This document shows, in pieces, positions 46,996-58,500 of a DNA stretch of 64,000 nt. How positions within the stretch are numbered: the first letter of the stretch is position 1; each line of letters opens with the position of its first letter. This stretch comes from Marsupella aquatica (lineage: Eukaryota > Plantae > Marchantiophyta), in NCBI GenBank assembly GCA_973895155.1, contig OZ316897.1:16784058-16848057 (forward strand). Direction: 5' to 3'. A program made the translations under genes and the position numbers. The notes under the pieces were generated by a model that saw only the letters and a program-made list of their open reading frames with translations, had not been told where the DNA came from and searched no databases.

Positions 46996-48846
46996 TAAAA
47001 TTATTTGTTATTGTATGACGGGAACGTGGAGGGACGCTATTTGGATTCTGTTGCATGTAGGATGAGTATGTTTAATTCCGCTCCCGAAAGTGTAATTTTT
47101 GATCAAGTCTACCGACTAGCCTCTATGCTTTTGATCAAGTCTACCGACTAGCCTCTCTGCTTTTGATCAAGTCCCATGGACTATACCACACACACTCCTA
47201 CTGGTCGTGGTGGAGTGCTGTCACCACCCCTCCTACTCACATGGTTGACCAAACCGTGCAAGGATTCCTTAGACACTTCTTGGGGAAAGAACACAATAGT
47301 AAACCAGAAAAGATAACGCCACACCAAAACTTGAGGAATCAAACCAAATCCATATCTTTTGGCAAAACGTCATAACACATTGCAAGGACAACCCGGCCTC
47401 CTGCCGTCTACCCAACTCCTGCCTCACTGGGGCAAGTGCTATACCTCTACCTCACTACTCTGGCTTGATCCCCTCTTCTGGCTATGAGCTAACTTCCCTC
47501 AAACCAACACTAGACCAAGTCCCCCCCACTACTACGGGGCTCCCCCCTAAATACTCAAAACAACACACCAAAGCACCCCTCACGGGGTCACAAGGATGGC
47601 GGCTACCCTAGCGGCGTCGCTAAAACCTTCACGAAAGAAATCCCTAATCCTAAAGCATGCGGCACACACATGCTCCTAAAACCCTAATCTAACAATGGGA
47701 CTGACGGGGCCTTCGATGGCGCCCCAACATTGCTCCATGAACCGCAAAAATGCAAGGGATCCCACAATTGCCAAAACTAGGTGCCACTCTGATTGCACCT
47801 CTGAGCTCATCCCTGGGTAGCCCTACTCCCCCTGATCATGAATCACAAAACCGCTCTCGAAACGGACGTTGAACGACCAAGTTATGGCCATTTTAGTATC
47901 ACTTACTTACCAACTTCGTTGGGCCCTAACTTACTCATCCTGGCTCTGTTTGAGGAGCGCCGCCTCTTGTTGGAATCAGCTCCGCGAGCTCTTTCCAACA
48001 AGCCCATGAGTGCCCACTTCCAAAAAGTTTTCAAAGTCAAGAGGTCGTACGACCAAGTCCGTATGGCCACCCTAGTCCTCCTCCTCCTCACTCACAGTGC
48101 CATGGCTTGAGCCCCGTGAGTTGGTCTCCTCATCACTCTCAATTGGAGTGGATACCACTCTGCTAAACAAGGACTCACTTGAGTCCACCACCTTCTATCC
48201 TATCTATCTACCCTGTCTACCAGCCTCAATCCTCCTGATCGCCACCACCGGTCCGTTGTAAAACGAGGGGACCCCTATAATTGTCGAAACTAAAATTTTC
48301 TTAGAATTCACTTCTGAAAAAATATCTGAGGAGCCCTCCTCTCCCTGATCATGAATCCGTAAATGGTGCACAAAACGGAGGTCAAACGGCCAAGATATGA
48401 TTGTTTAACTTTTCACGGGGCACCGTCTCCCTCTGTTTCGTCCGTACAACCCCAGGGGGCCCTGGCTTTGCAAAACACGGATCACGGGTTCCCCGTATGT
48501 GCTGCTACCTCCTCCTTCCCTTGCAAATCCAGGACCTCCTGCCATACGGACGTCCGTACGGCCTCAAAACTCCCGTATTCTCAAAAAAAGTGATCCAGTG
48601 TATCTCCTTCATCTTAGCTCCGTTTTGGCCATGTGACATGTCGTTGGATTCAGCTTGGCAAGCTCTTTCCAACAAGCCCGTAAACTCCTGATTTTGAGAT
48701 GGTCGAAAATCTGATGTTCGTACAACTAGGGTCCGTACACACGGTGGAAGCAAGCACAAGAGGGAAAGGGTTTAGGGTTTAGGTATGGGTGGAAACCCCA
48801 CAAGTGAGAATATAGAAAAAGGAAAGGAAGAAAGTGTGAGGGCCCC
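46996..48846 (-). mobile_element. Remainder of the older gypsy LTR; diverged relative of 49693 onward, lacking the long ORF
   Basis: Shared blocks CGTGGAGGGACGCTATTTGGATTCT, TTTTGATCAAGTCTACCGACTA, AACCCGGCCTCCTGCCGTCTAC, GGCGGCTACCCTAGCGGCG, TTTGAGGAGCGCCGCCTCTTGTTGGAATCAGCTCCGCGAGCTC. Confidence 0.85.
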
Positions 48847-49692
48847 TGTCGTATAGTGCTAAGTATCAAAAGTGACTCTTCTCACCTAAAACCAGGGTTT
48901 CGATCCCTTTAAGAACAGATTTCAGAATGAATTGTATAACTTTTATCACTCCGAGTGATTTAGAGTCTTGAGCTCTATGTTGACTTCACTTCTCAATAAA
49001 AAAATCGAATAAACAAACAACAAAGTAACTGAACTTCTGATTTATGAATTAGAGAAGAAATGAGTAAGGATTTAGAGACTACAAGCTGCTACTGCCACTC
49101 CTTCAGAAAGGATTTGGGCTCAGTATAGACATGAAATCTATCTCATAATTCATCCATCTCACTCTTCAAAACACAAAGGTTAATGATAATGGAATTCTCA
49201 ATCTGATGAAGCAGAAGCTTTCTGATTGCAAATGAATGATATGATTTAAAATGCCGTCAACATGGTTTGACATCAGCGATACACAATTCAGTCAAACTCT
49301 AAACCATATTCCAGAATCAAAGCAACAGTACTAACTACTCTGAGAATCAGAATTTACTTCTCATTTATCATTAACTATTCTTGAATTGGCTAGCGAATCC
49401 CGACTCTGCAAGCAAGCCTAGCAGTGAATTCAATACGAGTTTCAGAAATCTGCAACTGAATTCAATCACCACAGGAATCTCTTGAATTCAATCTTAACTT
49501 CAATCAATATAGCTTTACTTCCATACAAAACACTCACAGCATGCCTTGTTACAATGGAAGGAGGAGAAAACTATTCAGAAGACTCAATTCTGAATACAGT
49601 ATTAACTCTATTTCTCTCTACTTCAAATGAGCATTCTACTCTGTCTTATAAGTGCTGGAATCCTAAAATGGAGGAGGTAAGAACAGTCGTGC
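48847..49692. mobile_element. Probable LTR fragment of another retroelement, interrupted by the young gypsy insertion
   Basis: Begins TGTCGTATAG at a sharp boundary; AT-rich and non-coding; ends at the TGTCAC junction at 49693. Confidence 0.4.
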
Positions 49693-52600
49693 TGTCACTT
49701 GCCTCTCCAACGGTTAATACGTGCAAACCGCACTTTTCTTCGCTTAAACCGTTGGTATCGTATTACGGGGTCGTGGAGGGACGCTATTTGGATTCTTTTC
49801 ACACCAGGATGAGTATTTTGGTTTCCGCTCCCGGAAATGTAGGTTTTGATCAAGTCTACCGACTACCCTCACCCCACAGCTTTTGATCAAGTCCTGCCGA
49901 CTACCCCACTACACCTTCACTCGGAGTCACCCAAAGAGTGCTGTCACCACCCCTACTCACAAGGCCGACTCAAACCAAGCAAGTTTCTTCAAATCATAGA
50001 ACGGGAGAACACAATTCGGAAAGCGAAAAAGGGAGAAGGAACACACAACAAAAGCCCATCAAGTCAAATGTACAGATCCATATCTCTTGGGAAAAACGAT
50101 ACACATTGCATGAGTAACCCGGCCTCCTGCCGTCTACTCAACTCCTGCCTCTCCGGACAATGAGTATGGCTCCCCCTCACTACTCTGAACACGCTTTCAA
50201 ACTCCTCAGGCTCCACTCTATCCCTCCTTGCTAACTTCACACTGAGTCCCCCTAACTACTTCGGGGCTATCCCCCTAAATACTGAAAAATCACACCAAAG
50301 CACCCCTCACAGGGTCACAACGGTGGCGGCTACCCTAGCGGCGCCGCTAAAACCTTGCACTAAGAGAAATCCTTAAACTGAAGAGGAGCATGCGGCACAC
50401 ACATGCTGCTAAAACCCTAAACCCAAAACAAGGGGGCCGACGGTGCCTTCGACGGCGCCCCAACAGTACACGTGAACCCTGAAAGTGAGAGGCACCCCAA
50501 AATGGCCGAAACTAGGTGCCCTTCCAAGTGCACACCTGAGCTCACCCCTGGATAGCTCTTCTTTTCCTGCTTCCGAATCACTAAGTCGCTCCCTCAACGG
50601 ACTTCAGACGCCTGAGTTATGGCCGTTTCCGTACCGCAAAAACATAAGTTCTCCAGGCCATAACTTGCTCATCCTGGCTCCGTTTGAGGAGCGCCGCCTC
50701 TTGTTGGAATCAGCTCCGCGAGCTCATCCCAACAAGCCCATGAGTGACCCCCCACTAAAATGTTGGAAATCTGGAGGCCGTACACCCACGTCCGTACGCC
50801 TATCTAATCCTCCTCTTCTTCTTCGCTCTCGGTGCCCGGACTTGTGCCCCGTGAGTGGTCCTCCTCCTCATCACTCACGGGAGTGAGTGCCACCGTACTT
50901 TTCTTCTTCTTCGACGGAGTACTCTTAGTGCTGCTGCTCCCGCGCTTCCTCAAAGCAGCCAAGGCCTGCCACGCCTTGATGTACCCCTCACCAATTGTGT
51001 CCTTCCAGAGGGTAGCCTCTTCTCCGGACCGCAACTCCAACGGTAGAACTTGCCCCGTGGCCATGGGAGTCCCGGGGGTGACAGACCTGGGTGGCATCCC
51101 CGTACTGACCTGAGCCTCCCGTAACGATTTCCGTACCTCCCGGAGCTTCTTCTCCAAGCTCTTACTCTTCTCCTGACTCTTCTTGGCTCCATCCAACAAG
51201 GGTCCATACTTCCCACTAACCTCCTTCACCACCATCTCGATAGCTTGGGAGATCACATCCGGGGAAAGTGTGGAGCCAGGTGTGCCGGGACTCTTCCGTT
51301 TCCCTAGACTCAGGGCCTCACTTCTCTTCGCTCGTGTCTCAAAGGCTGCCACCTGACTCCGTAGTGCTCCCACCTGGTTCCTCCACTCCATCACTTCTCC
51401 AGAATTTTGCTTCTCTTTGGCCAATGCTTGCCTCAACGCTCCTACTTCTTCTGCTTCCTTGGCCTTGGTGGACAAAGCTCCCTTCAAGTTGGTGATCTCT
51501 ACGTGAGCTGCATTGATGTGCCTGACCTTCTCATGAATGGTCTGCTCCTTGGTCTTGATCACCTCCTTCAGTGACAGGATGCTCTGCTCTAACGTCTCTA
51601 CTTTGACTGTGGCGTGCTTGAGAGACTCCCTCAATGCGTGGACTAGCTTGAGTCCCTCGTGGACTCCCTCTCTGAAATCCCGTAGCTCTGCCAAGTAAAC
51701 ATCCGGAATGTTGTATTCCAGAGGCTGTTTCGGATCTCCCACGAGTGATTCAAGCCACTCCAATGTGCAATCATCCTCCTGGTTCTCTTCTTCTCTATTA
51801 TCCTCCCCACCAGCAGACAATGATTCCTCCGTGAGCTTCCCTAAAACGGTAGTGGCAATACTCCGGATCTCCGTGGTGAGAGATGATCCCGTGTCTTCAT
51901 GCCCCGGAGAACCAATCAACCCTTCTGCCCTGGCCAATACAAATGACCCCATCAAATGTACAGCCCCACCTGGTTTCACACTCCCGGGCTCAACGGCCAA
52001 TAGCTTCTTCAATCCGTAGCACCACCATCCGTACACATGGGCTGGGTAGTTCTTGATGTCCATAGCTACCACGAAATGCTCCTCATTCAGCACTCCGGAT
52101 TGCACGTTGCCAAGAACCCGTTGATGCACCTTGGCCAGGAAGCCCTTATACTCAACATCCTTGACAGCAGAAAGAGGGATGGCGGTGGTGGAGGTAGGAT
52201 TGGTCACCCAAGTGGCCACCATTTTCAACGTGAGTTCTCCCCTGATATTCCGAGGTGTGAATGAGAATTTCTGATTCTCAAGAAACAATAGCTTAGCCAA
52301 CTCCACATGGGGCACTACACGTTTGAGACATTCAAAGTAGATTCCCTCCGTTCGGAACTCCATCCCGGCCTCAATGTCCCAGCTCTTCCCTGAAGGGATG
52401 GTAATCTCCACCTTCATGAATTCTGTAAGCCCGGTGGCTTGGAAAATGTTCCGACAATCCTCCATCACCTTGGTGGAGGTCTTGGGATAAATTCGACGAA
52501 AAATCTTCCTACCCACCGGTGAGGAACCCGCTGCCAATCCCGTGCTCATCATAACTTCTCTCTCTTCCCTTTCCCGTGTAATCCGAGTCTCCACGTAGTC

Positions 52601-53304
52601 ACGGTAAGCAGCCTTGTATCTCCGAATGCGTGACGCACTAAACTCTGGTTGATCTAGCATCCATGCATCCCGAAATCAATTTCTCAATCACCAATCCCGT
52701 CACCCGTGGCAATGTCAATTCCCTGGCCCGAAACAGCCCCCGTAGCCCGATCACTTAAATTCTCTCAATTTCCCGTCACTACTCCGTGCGGCCGCCACTA
52801 ATGCCTGGAAGAATGACGCCAGCAAGCCCCACTAATCCACCATGAAAGAGAGAGCTTCAAAAATAATTAGAATCTGGAGAGAGCTTCCGGCAAGAGAGAG
52901 AAGAACCCCGTTTTTGCTTTCGGCAATGAGAGGGTCGTGCAAAAGGAAGAGGGAAAGAAAAAGGAAGGAAAAAAAAATAGAACCGAAAAAACTCCTGGCG
53001 CCTTCGCCATGCGCCCCGGCCCATTTCTCGGGCCTTACCCTTGCGTCCTCCTGCGCGCGGCCCTATGCAGGGCGCGCGGCCATTCCTCCCGGCTCGCGGG
53101 AGGCCCTTCAACTCCCCCCCGCTCGCGTGATCCTCCCAGCTCGCGGGAGGCCCTTTAACTCCCCCCCGCTCGCGTGATCCTCCCAGCTCGCGGGAGGCCC
53201 TTTAACTCCCCCCCGCTCGCGTGATCCTCCCAGCTCGCGGGAGGCCCTTTAACTCCCCCCCCCCCGCTCGCTTGCGCTCCTTCAGCTCGCGGAGCCTCAT
53301 TAAT
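49693..53304 (-). repeat. 3' LTR copy (minimum extent; true boundary lies between 53304 and 53735)
   Basis: Matches 60389-64000 apart from a few substitutions (three seen, near 49904, 49990 and 51993). Terminus reads ...AGTGACA on the minus strand. Confidence 0.8.
50804..52660 (-). CDS. 618-aa accessory protein within the repeat (N-terminal globular region, long coiled coil, PSKKKK NLS-like motif, acidic tail)
   Basis: Long intact ORF; heptad-like segment from LRESLKHATVKVETLEQ to LEKKLREVRKSL; no signal peptide or transmembrane segment evident. Confidence 0.85.
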   Translation of the reverse strand: MLDQPEFSASRIRRYKAAYRDYVETRITREREEREVMMSTGLAAGSSPVGRKIFRRIYPKTSTKVMEDCRNIFQATGLTEFMKVEITIPSGKSWDIEAGMEFRTEGIYFECLKRVVPHVELAKLLFLENQKFSFTPRNIRGELTLKMVATWVTNPTSTTAIPLSAVKDVEYKGFLAKVHQRVLGNVQSGVLNEEHFVVAMDIKNYPAHVYGWWCYGLKKLLAVEPGSVKPGGAVHLMGSFVLARAEGLIGSPGHEDTGSSLTTEIRSIATTVLGKLTEESLSAGGEDNREEENQEDDCTLEWLESLVGDPKQPLEYNIPDVYLAELRDFREGVHEGLKLVHALRESLKHATVKVETLEQSILSLKEVIKTKEQTIHEKVRHINAAHVEITNLKGALSTKAKEAEEVGALRQALAKEKQNSGEVMEWRNQVGALRSQVAAFETRAKRSEALSLGKRKSPGTPGSTLSPDVISQAIEMVVKEVSGKYGPLLDGAKKSQEKSKSLEKKLREVRKSLREAQVSTGMPPRSVTPGTPMATGQVLPLELRSGEEATLWKDTIGEGYIKAWQALAALRKRGSSSTKSTPSKKKKSTVALTPVSDEEEDHSRGTSPGTESEEEEED

Positions 53305-53408
53305 TGCCCGGGCACGCAGCCCTATGGGCTCGCGAGGCAGCCCCTTCAGCTCGCGGAGCCCCATTAATCGCCCGGGCACGCAGCCCTATGGGCTCGCGAG
53401 GCAGCCCC
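53090..53408 (+). repeat. 47-bp tandem repeat (about 3.7 copies) followed by a 64-bp repeat (2 copies)
   Basis: GCTCGCGTGATCCTCCCAGCTCGCGGGAGGCCCTTTAACTCCCCCCC starts at 53121, 53168 and 53215; CAGCTCGCGGAGCC...GAGGCAGCCCC at 53283 and 53347. Same array at 63786-64000. Confidence 0.9.
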
Positions 53409-53735
53409 TCTTTCTCTCGGACGGCCACTAATGGGACTCGCCCTCCTGAGGAGGGATTTATTTAAAAAAAAACCCCCCCCTCTCCTGACTTTGCAATGGG
53501 GGTCTCAACAATAGCTCTTGAAGCAAAACGGTAAGTCCTATGGGGCTGGTCCTGGCTAGTTTCAAGGTCCCAAAATATTTGCCCACTTAGGTCGCCGCAA
53601 ATCTTAGAACTATTATGAGAGAAAGAATATAAAGTCACCTGGGGCATCATCAACCTATAATGACGGAATTAACTAAAAATTAAAAAATGGCTTATTTACA
53701 TTGACTATTAACAAGGTATCGGCCTTTGCAACCAG

Positions 53736-55544
53736 TTATGTGTGACTTCCCGTGACGGGGTACCCGTCACATAGCTCCTCTCTTAATTGCGAAGCGCCCC
53801 CGCGAGCACCATACTCTTCCTCCGTGTAGTACTTCTTTAGGCGCTCTTGATTGATCCGTGTGTTGAGTAGTTGCCCCTCCAATGTCTTGAGTTGAACCGA
53901 GCCGTTGGAGTAGACGGCATCCACTACGTAGGGTCCCATCCACCGTGTATGCAACTTCCCGGGGAAATGCATGAAGCGGCTATCGTAGAGGAGCACCAAA
54001 TCTCCCTCCTCAATGGACACACGACGGAGACGGGAATCGTAATGTGACTTGCGTTTGCCTTGCTCCTGCTCCGTATGTGTCAAAGCCTCTTCTCGTGTCT
54101 CCGTGAGTTGCTCCAACTGTTGGATCCGTGAAGCGACACTTTCTTCTGCCCCTTCCCTTTCCCGTGTTAGGATTCGAATGGTTGGAACCTCAAATTCCAC
54201 CGGCACAAGAGAGTGTTGTCCAAACACAAGGAAATAGGGGCTGTGGCCCGTGGTAGTCTTGTGAGCCAGGTTGTAAGCGTAAGTGGCAGCCAACAACTTC
54301 AAATCCCAATCGGTCTTGTGAGCGGATACCGTTTTGTTGAGGATCTTGCCCATGATCCCGTTGGCTCTCTCAGTGAGCCCGTTGGCTCGAGGGTGGTACG
54401 GAGTGGTCTTCCTATGTGAGATCAAGTAGTTCTCCGTCAAACGTTCAATCGTATGATTGAGGAAGTGAGTACCCCTGTCACTTACCAACTCCAATGGTGG
54501 ACCAAATCGTGTAAAAATCTGCTCATACAAAAAACGTGCCGTGGTGTTGGCATCATCCTTGGCAGTAGCTCGGGCCTCCACCCACTTGGTGGCATAGTCC
54601 GTTGCAAGAATGATGTAGCGCTTCCTCCCTCTTCGTGTGATGGGAGTGAAAGGGCCAATGAAGTCCACCCCCCACTTCTCAAAGGGTGCAAGAGGAAGTA
54701 TGGGCACCAATGGGTGTCGTGAGGAGGGCCCTGGTTTGCCTTGACGCTGGCACGGATCACATCGCTGGATGTACCGGTGTACATCCCGAAAGAGAGTTGG
54801 CCACCAATATCCAGCATCTAGTATTTTCCTTGCGGTGGTCTCCCGTGCAAAGTGGCCACCAGCTTCCTCCTCATGTAATGCTGCCATGACTGTACGTATC
54901 TCCGCTTCCTCCAAACAACGACGAAGTCGGCCATCCATGCCGTACTTGTGAAGTACTCCCTTCACAAGCAAGTAGGGACCTGTCTTACGCAAAAACACTG
55001 CTGCTCTCTCCGGGCCCAAACGTGAGGGAACTCTAGCCGTGCGGAGAAATTCCAAAATTTCTCCATACCAAGTAGTGGCCTCTGTATTCACGCTGAACAC
55101 TTCCTCATCCGGGAACCGATCATCAATCTCCTGGGAGTCAGATGCTCCCTCAATACGGGAGAAGAAGTCTGCATTGCTATGACTCTTCCCCGATCTTACT
55201 CTCACCTCATAGTTGAACTCTTGTAGCAACAAAACCCAACGTGCAATTCTCCCGGACAGATCTGGCTTGTTGACCATGTATTTCAAGCTGTTGTGATCCG
55301 TGTGGAACACAACCTTGTACCCCAACAAATAATGACGATACTTCTTACAAGCGTAGATGATACCAAGTGCCTCCCTATCGGTGGGTGAGTAGTTTTTCTC
55401 TGCCGGGGCCAACTGCCTACTGGCAAAGTAGATGGGATGGTCTCTTCCATCATCATCTAACTGACTCAAAACGGCACCGATGCAAAATCCTGATACGTCT
55501 ACGTAAACATGGAATTCCTTATTCCAATTGGGCGTAATGAGCAC
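53736..55544 (-). CDS. pol: pol 3' part: RNase H plus integrase (separated from RT by a 1-nt frameshift)
   Basis: FHVYVDVSG...PIYFASRQL...DREALG...TDH (RNase H); H-x6-H...CDPC zinc finger; WGVDFIGP, SDRGTHF, GLTE (DDE); KLHTRWMGPY. Confidence 0.93.
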   Translation of the reverse strand: MLITPNWNKEFHVYVDVSGFCIGAVLSQLDDDGRDHPIYFASRQLAPAEKNYSPTDREALGIIYACKKYRHYLLGYKVVFHTDHNSLKYMVNKPDLSGRIARWVLLLQEFNYEVRVRSGKSHSNADFFSRIEGASDSQEIDDRFPDEEVFSVNTEATTWYGEILEFLRTARVPSRLGPERAAVFLRKTGPYLLVKGVLHKYGMDGRLRRCLEEAEIRTVMAALHEEEAGGHFARETTARKILDAGYWWPTLFRDVHRYIQRCDPCQRQGKPGPSSRHPLVPILPLAPFEKWGVDFIGPFTPITRRGRKRYIILATDYATKWVEARATAKDDANTTARFLYEQIFTRFGPPLELVSDRGTHFLNHTIERLTENYLISHRKTTPYHPRANGLTERANGIMGKILNKTVSAHKTDWDLKLLAATYAYNLAHKTTTGHSPYFLVFGQHSLVPVEFEVPTIRILTREREGAEESVASRIQQLEQLTETREEALTHTEQEQGKRKSHYDSRLRRVSIEEGDLVLLYDSRFMHFPGKLHTRWMGPYVVDAVYSNGSVQLKTLEGQLLNTRINQERLKKYYTEEEYGARGGASQLREELCDGYPVTGSHT

Positions 55545-58500
55545 GGGGCCTCTAGCAATCGTTTCTTCAATTCATCAAAAGCAGCCTGACGGGAAGGAGT
55601 AGGTTCAAACTCACTTCCTTTTTTCAACATGGAAGTGAGTGGCATGGCTACCTTGGCAAAGTCTTTGATGAAGCGTCGGTAGTAGCCAACACACCCCAAG
55701 AACCCTCTCACTTCCTTCACATTCTTGGGAAATGAGACTGCTACCCACACGGCGACCTTCTCACGATCAACTTCAATCCCTCGTGCAGACACTTTGTGGC
55801 CCAATAGGATTCCCTCCTCAATTCCAAAGAAACATTTCTCCGGATGCAGCTTCAGGCAAGTCTCCCGGCACCGCTGAAAAGTCAACCGTAAGTGTTCCGG
55901 ATGCTTGACTCGTTTGCCGTAGACAGCAAAGTCATCAATAAAGATCTCCAAGAACCTGCGTAAAAAGTCATGAAATATATTCATCATGAGCCGTTGGAAC
56001 ATGCCAGGGGCATTGCACAACCCAAAAGGCATTCTCCGGAATGCAAAAATCCCCCACTCTGTTGTGAAAGCCGTCTTGAGTTGGTCCTCCTCCCGTATCC
56101 AGATTTGGTTGTACCCAGAGTAGCCATCCAAGAAGCTGTATATCTCCCAACCTGCTACCATGTCCAACACGATATCCGTGAACGGTAGCGGGTAGTGATC
56201 CTTCTTGGTCGCATCATTCAACTTTCGAAAATCTTGGCACACCCGTATTTTCACCTTCCCGTCTGGCCCCTTTTTCTTGGGCACGATTACGATGGGTGAC
56301 ACCCACTCACTATGCATGACCGGATAAATGAATCCTGCATCCAACAAACGGTCAATCTCCTCCTTCACCATGAGTGAGTATTTGGGGTTGAGGCGGTATT
56401 GGCGTTGCCTCACAGGTCGTGCTCCTGACATCAGGTCAATGCTGTGCTCACCAAACTCAGGTGGCACTCCTTTCAAATCTTGGTGGCTCCACGCAAATAC
56501 GTCTTGGTACTCTTTCAACAATTCCTGAATCGTGCGTTGCTCCGTAGCATCCAACTTACTACCAATGTTGAGTGTCTTGCCCTCACCCACTTCCACCTTT
56601 GTGTACTGCTCCGGCCTGATCACGTCCAACTTGTTGCGTGTCTCCTCATCAAAGGTTTCTTCCAACCGTGCGAGCCTCATCCCTCCATACACCGGTGCAT
56701 CACTCTCCTCCTGGTCTGGTCGGGATGGAGGTGGATCCTTTGTCACATGGGCCATTATTTCTTCAACGTCAGATTCTTTGTAATGTGACAATAGCTCCTC
56801 TCTAAAGTCATCATCCAGGATGTCATTCAAAAACTGCTCTCTTTGCTCATCATCAAACATGATCGTGTGGGCTTGCATTTCCACCTCCTCGGGGTGATCC
56901 TCTGCCTCCCTATCATGAATCTCTAGAGGTTCAGCCTCCACAATTTTGCTTCGCTCGTCTTCCATCTCTTCTAGAACAGCGTGCACTTGGCTAACTGATT
57001 CCTCTACTGCATGCTCTTGAGTAGCAACTCCGGGGCCAAAAACATCTTCCTCCGTGAGGTGAGAAATCAGTTTCACCATGTATACTTCATCCTCGTCTTC
57101 ATCTGAGGTGACCTCTGAATCATATTCCTCCTCCATAGTCGTAGTCTCCCCGTGAGGTGACTCCGCTGACCATGGAATAGTGATAGTGGGGATACCAAAC
57201 CGAAACTGCCGTTTGCCCCAATCACTTGTGACCTTGGCCACATACAACCATGGCCTGCCAATTAAAATGGGAAAACCGTACGGCCGAACGGGTCGCATCA
57301 CCAAATAGTTGAGGGGGAAAGATTTTCCCCCAATCATTGTTGGAATCTTGGTGAGACACCCCAACGGCACCACCCGTGCACCATCAGCCAACCTCATGGC
57401 ACGTGCCGGTGGTTCTAACTCTGTATACCCCAACCGGTTTGCCGTCTCCTCAGTCATGATGTTGACTCCCGAGCCCCCGTCCACCGGTACAAACCGTATT
57501 GCACATCCATTGATGTCCACCGTGAGTTCTGGGGCACCCAAATCCTCCGTGACCCAGTTGACTTGTATGGGGTCAGCCCCAACTTTGGGTAACCTTCTTC
57601 TACGTCTCCTCCTCATGAGAATCTCCTTGACTTGGCGACGGTATAGGGAGCTATCCCGTAATAGTTGACCAATTGTGGCACTGACTGGGCAATCCAGAAT
57701 GTCTTGAGCAATGTTGTACGCGGTTGCAGGAGGTATGGGTGGGATGACCTCTTCTCCCGGTTTCCAACGAACAACCCTCTCCTCCGCTTTCTTTCTGGCC
57801 TTTGCCTCCTCCATGTCTTTGTCAATGGCCGCTTGCATGGCTTGTGCTTCTAGCTCCTCCAACTGCTTACGTACCTCTTCTCCCACCTTCGGATAGAACA
57901 ACTTGGGGTTGTCCCGATCAAAGTCACTATCCTCCATGGGTGGCACCTCCGGTTCGTGTGAGGTACCCGATGTGGAAGCTTGATGCACCTCCTTGTACTT
58001 CTGCTTGAGCTCGGACTTGCCCTTCTTTTTGCCGGATCGAGTGGAGACTCGGTAACAAGAGTAATGCCTTCTCTCCTCGTCGCTGTCTTCCTCCGGTAGA
58101 TTCTCAGCATGAGTCCACTCATGACTTGGGGGTGAGGGGTTAGCAACTTCAACTTCCGTAGATGTTGCAACAACAACCACCGGTATCTCAACAACTGGAG
58201 ATACTACAACGACTAGCGGTACCACCTCCTCCGTTATGGTGGTCATCCTTTGCTTGGGAATGTTCACTACGGTTTCTTCTCTTCTAGTGATTAGAGGGGT
58301 GTCGACTGCTTCCGTGGTGAGAAAGTTGACGCTAGCTTCTTTCAGAGGAGGTGGCGGCCCCTTCTTCTCTTGTGCCCCAATCGGTTGAGCCTTGAACGCC
58401 TCCAAGGTTGGGCAGTGTGGTGCAAGATGACCCTCCCCCTTGCATAGTTGACACAGCCGGGCAAAATCTCCATTGCCTTGACGGGTGGGCTCTGGGCACA

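Noticed and set aside
48841-48910. tRNA-like look (GTCGTATAGTGCTAAGTAT ... GGGTTTCGATCCC, resembling A/B boxes)
   Set aside because: No acceptor or anticodon stem could be paired; better explained as the TG-starting end of an LTR fragment. tRNAscan-SE would settle it.
50804-52660. Calling the 618-aa ORF an env gene
   Set aside because: No signal peptide or transmembrane helix evident; NLS-like and coiled-coil features instead.
53473-53486. Polypurine tract candidate (minus strand AGGAGAGGGGGGGG)
   Set aside because: Not adjacent to a TG LTR start; the LTR boundary cannot be fixed within the window, so it is not annotated.
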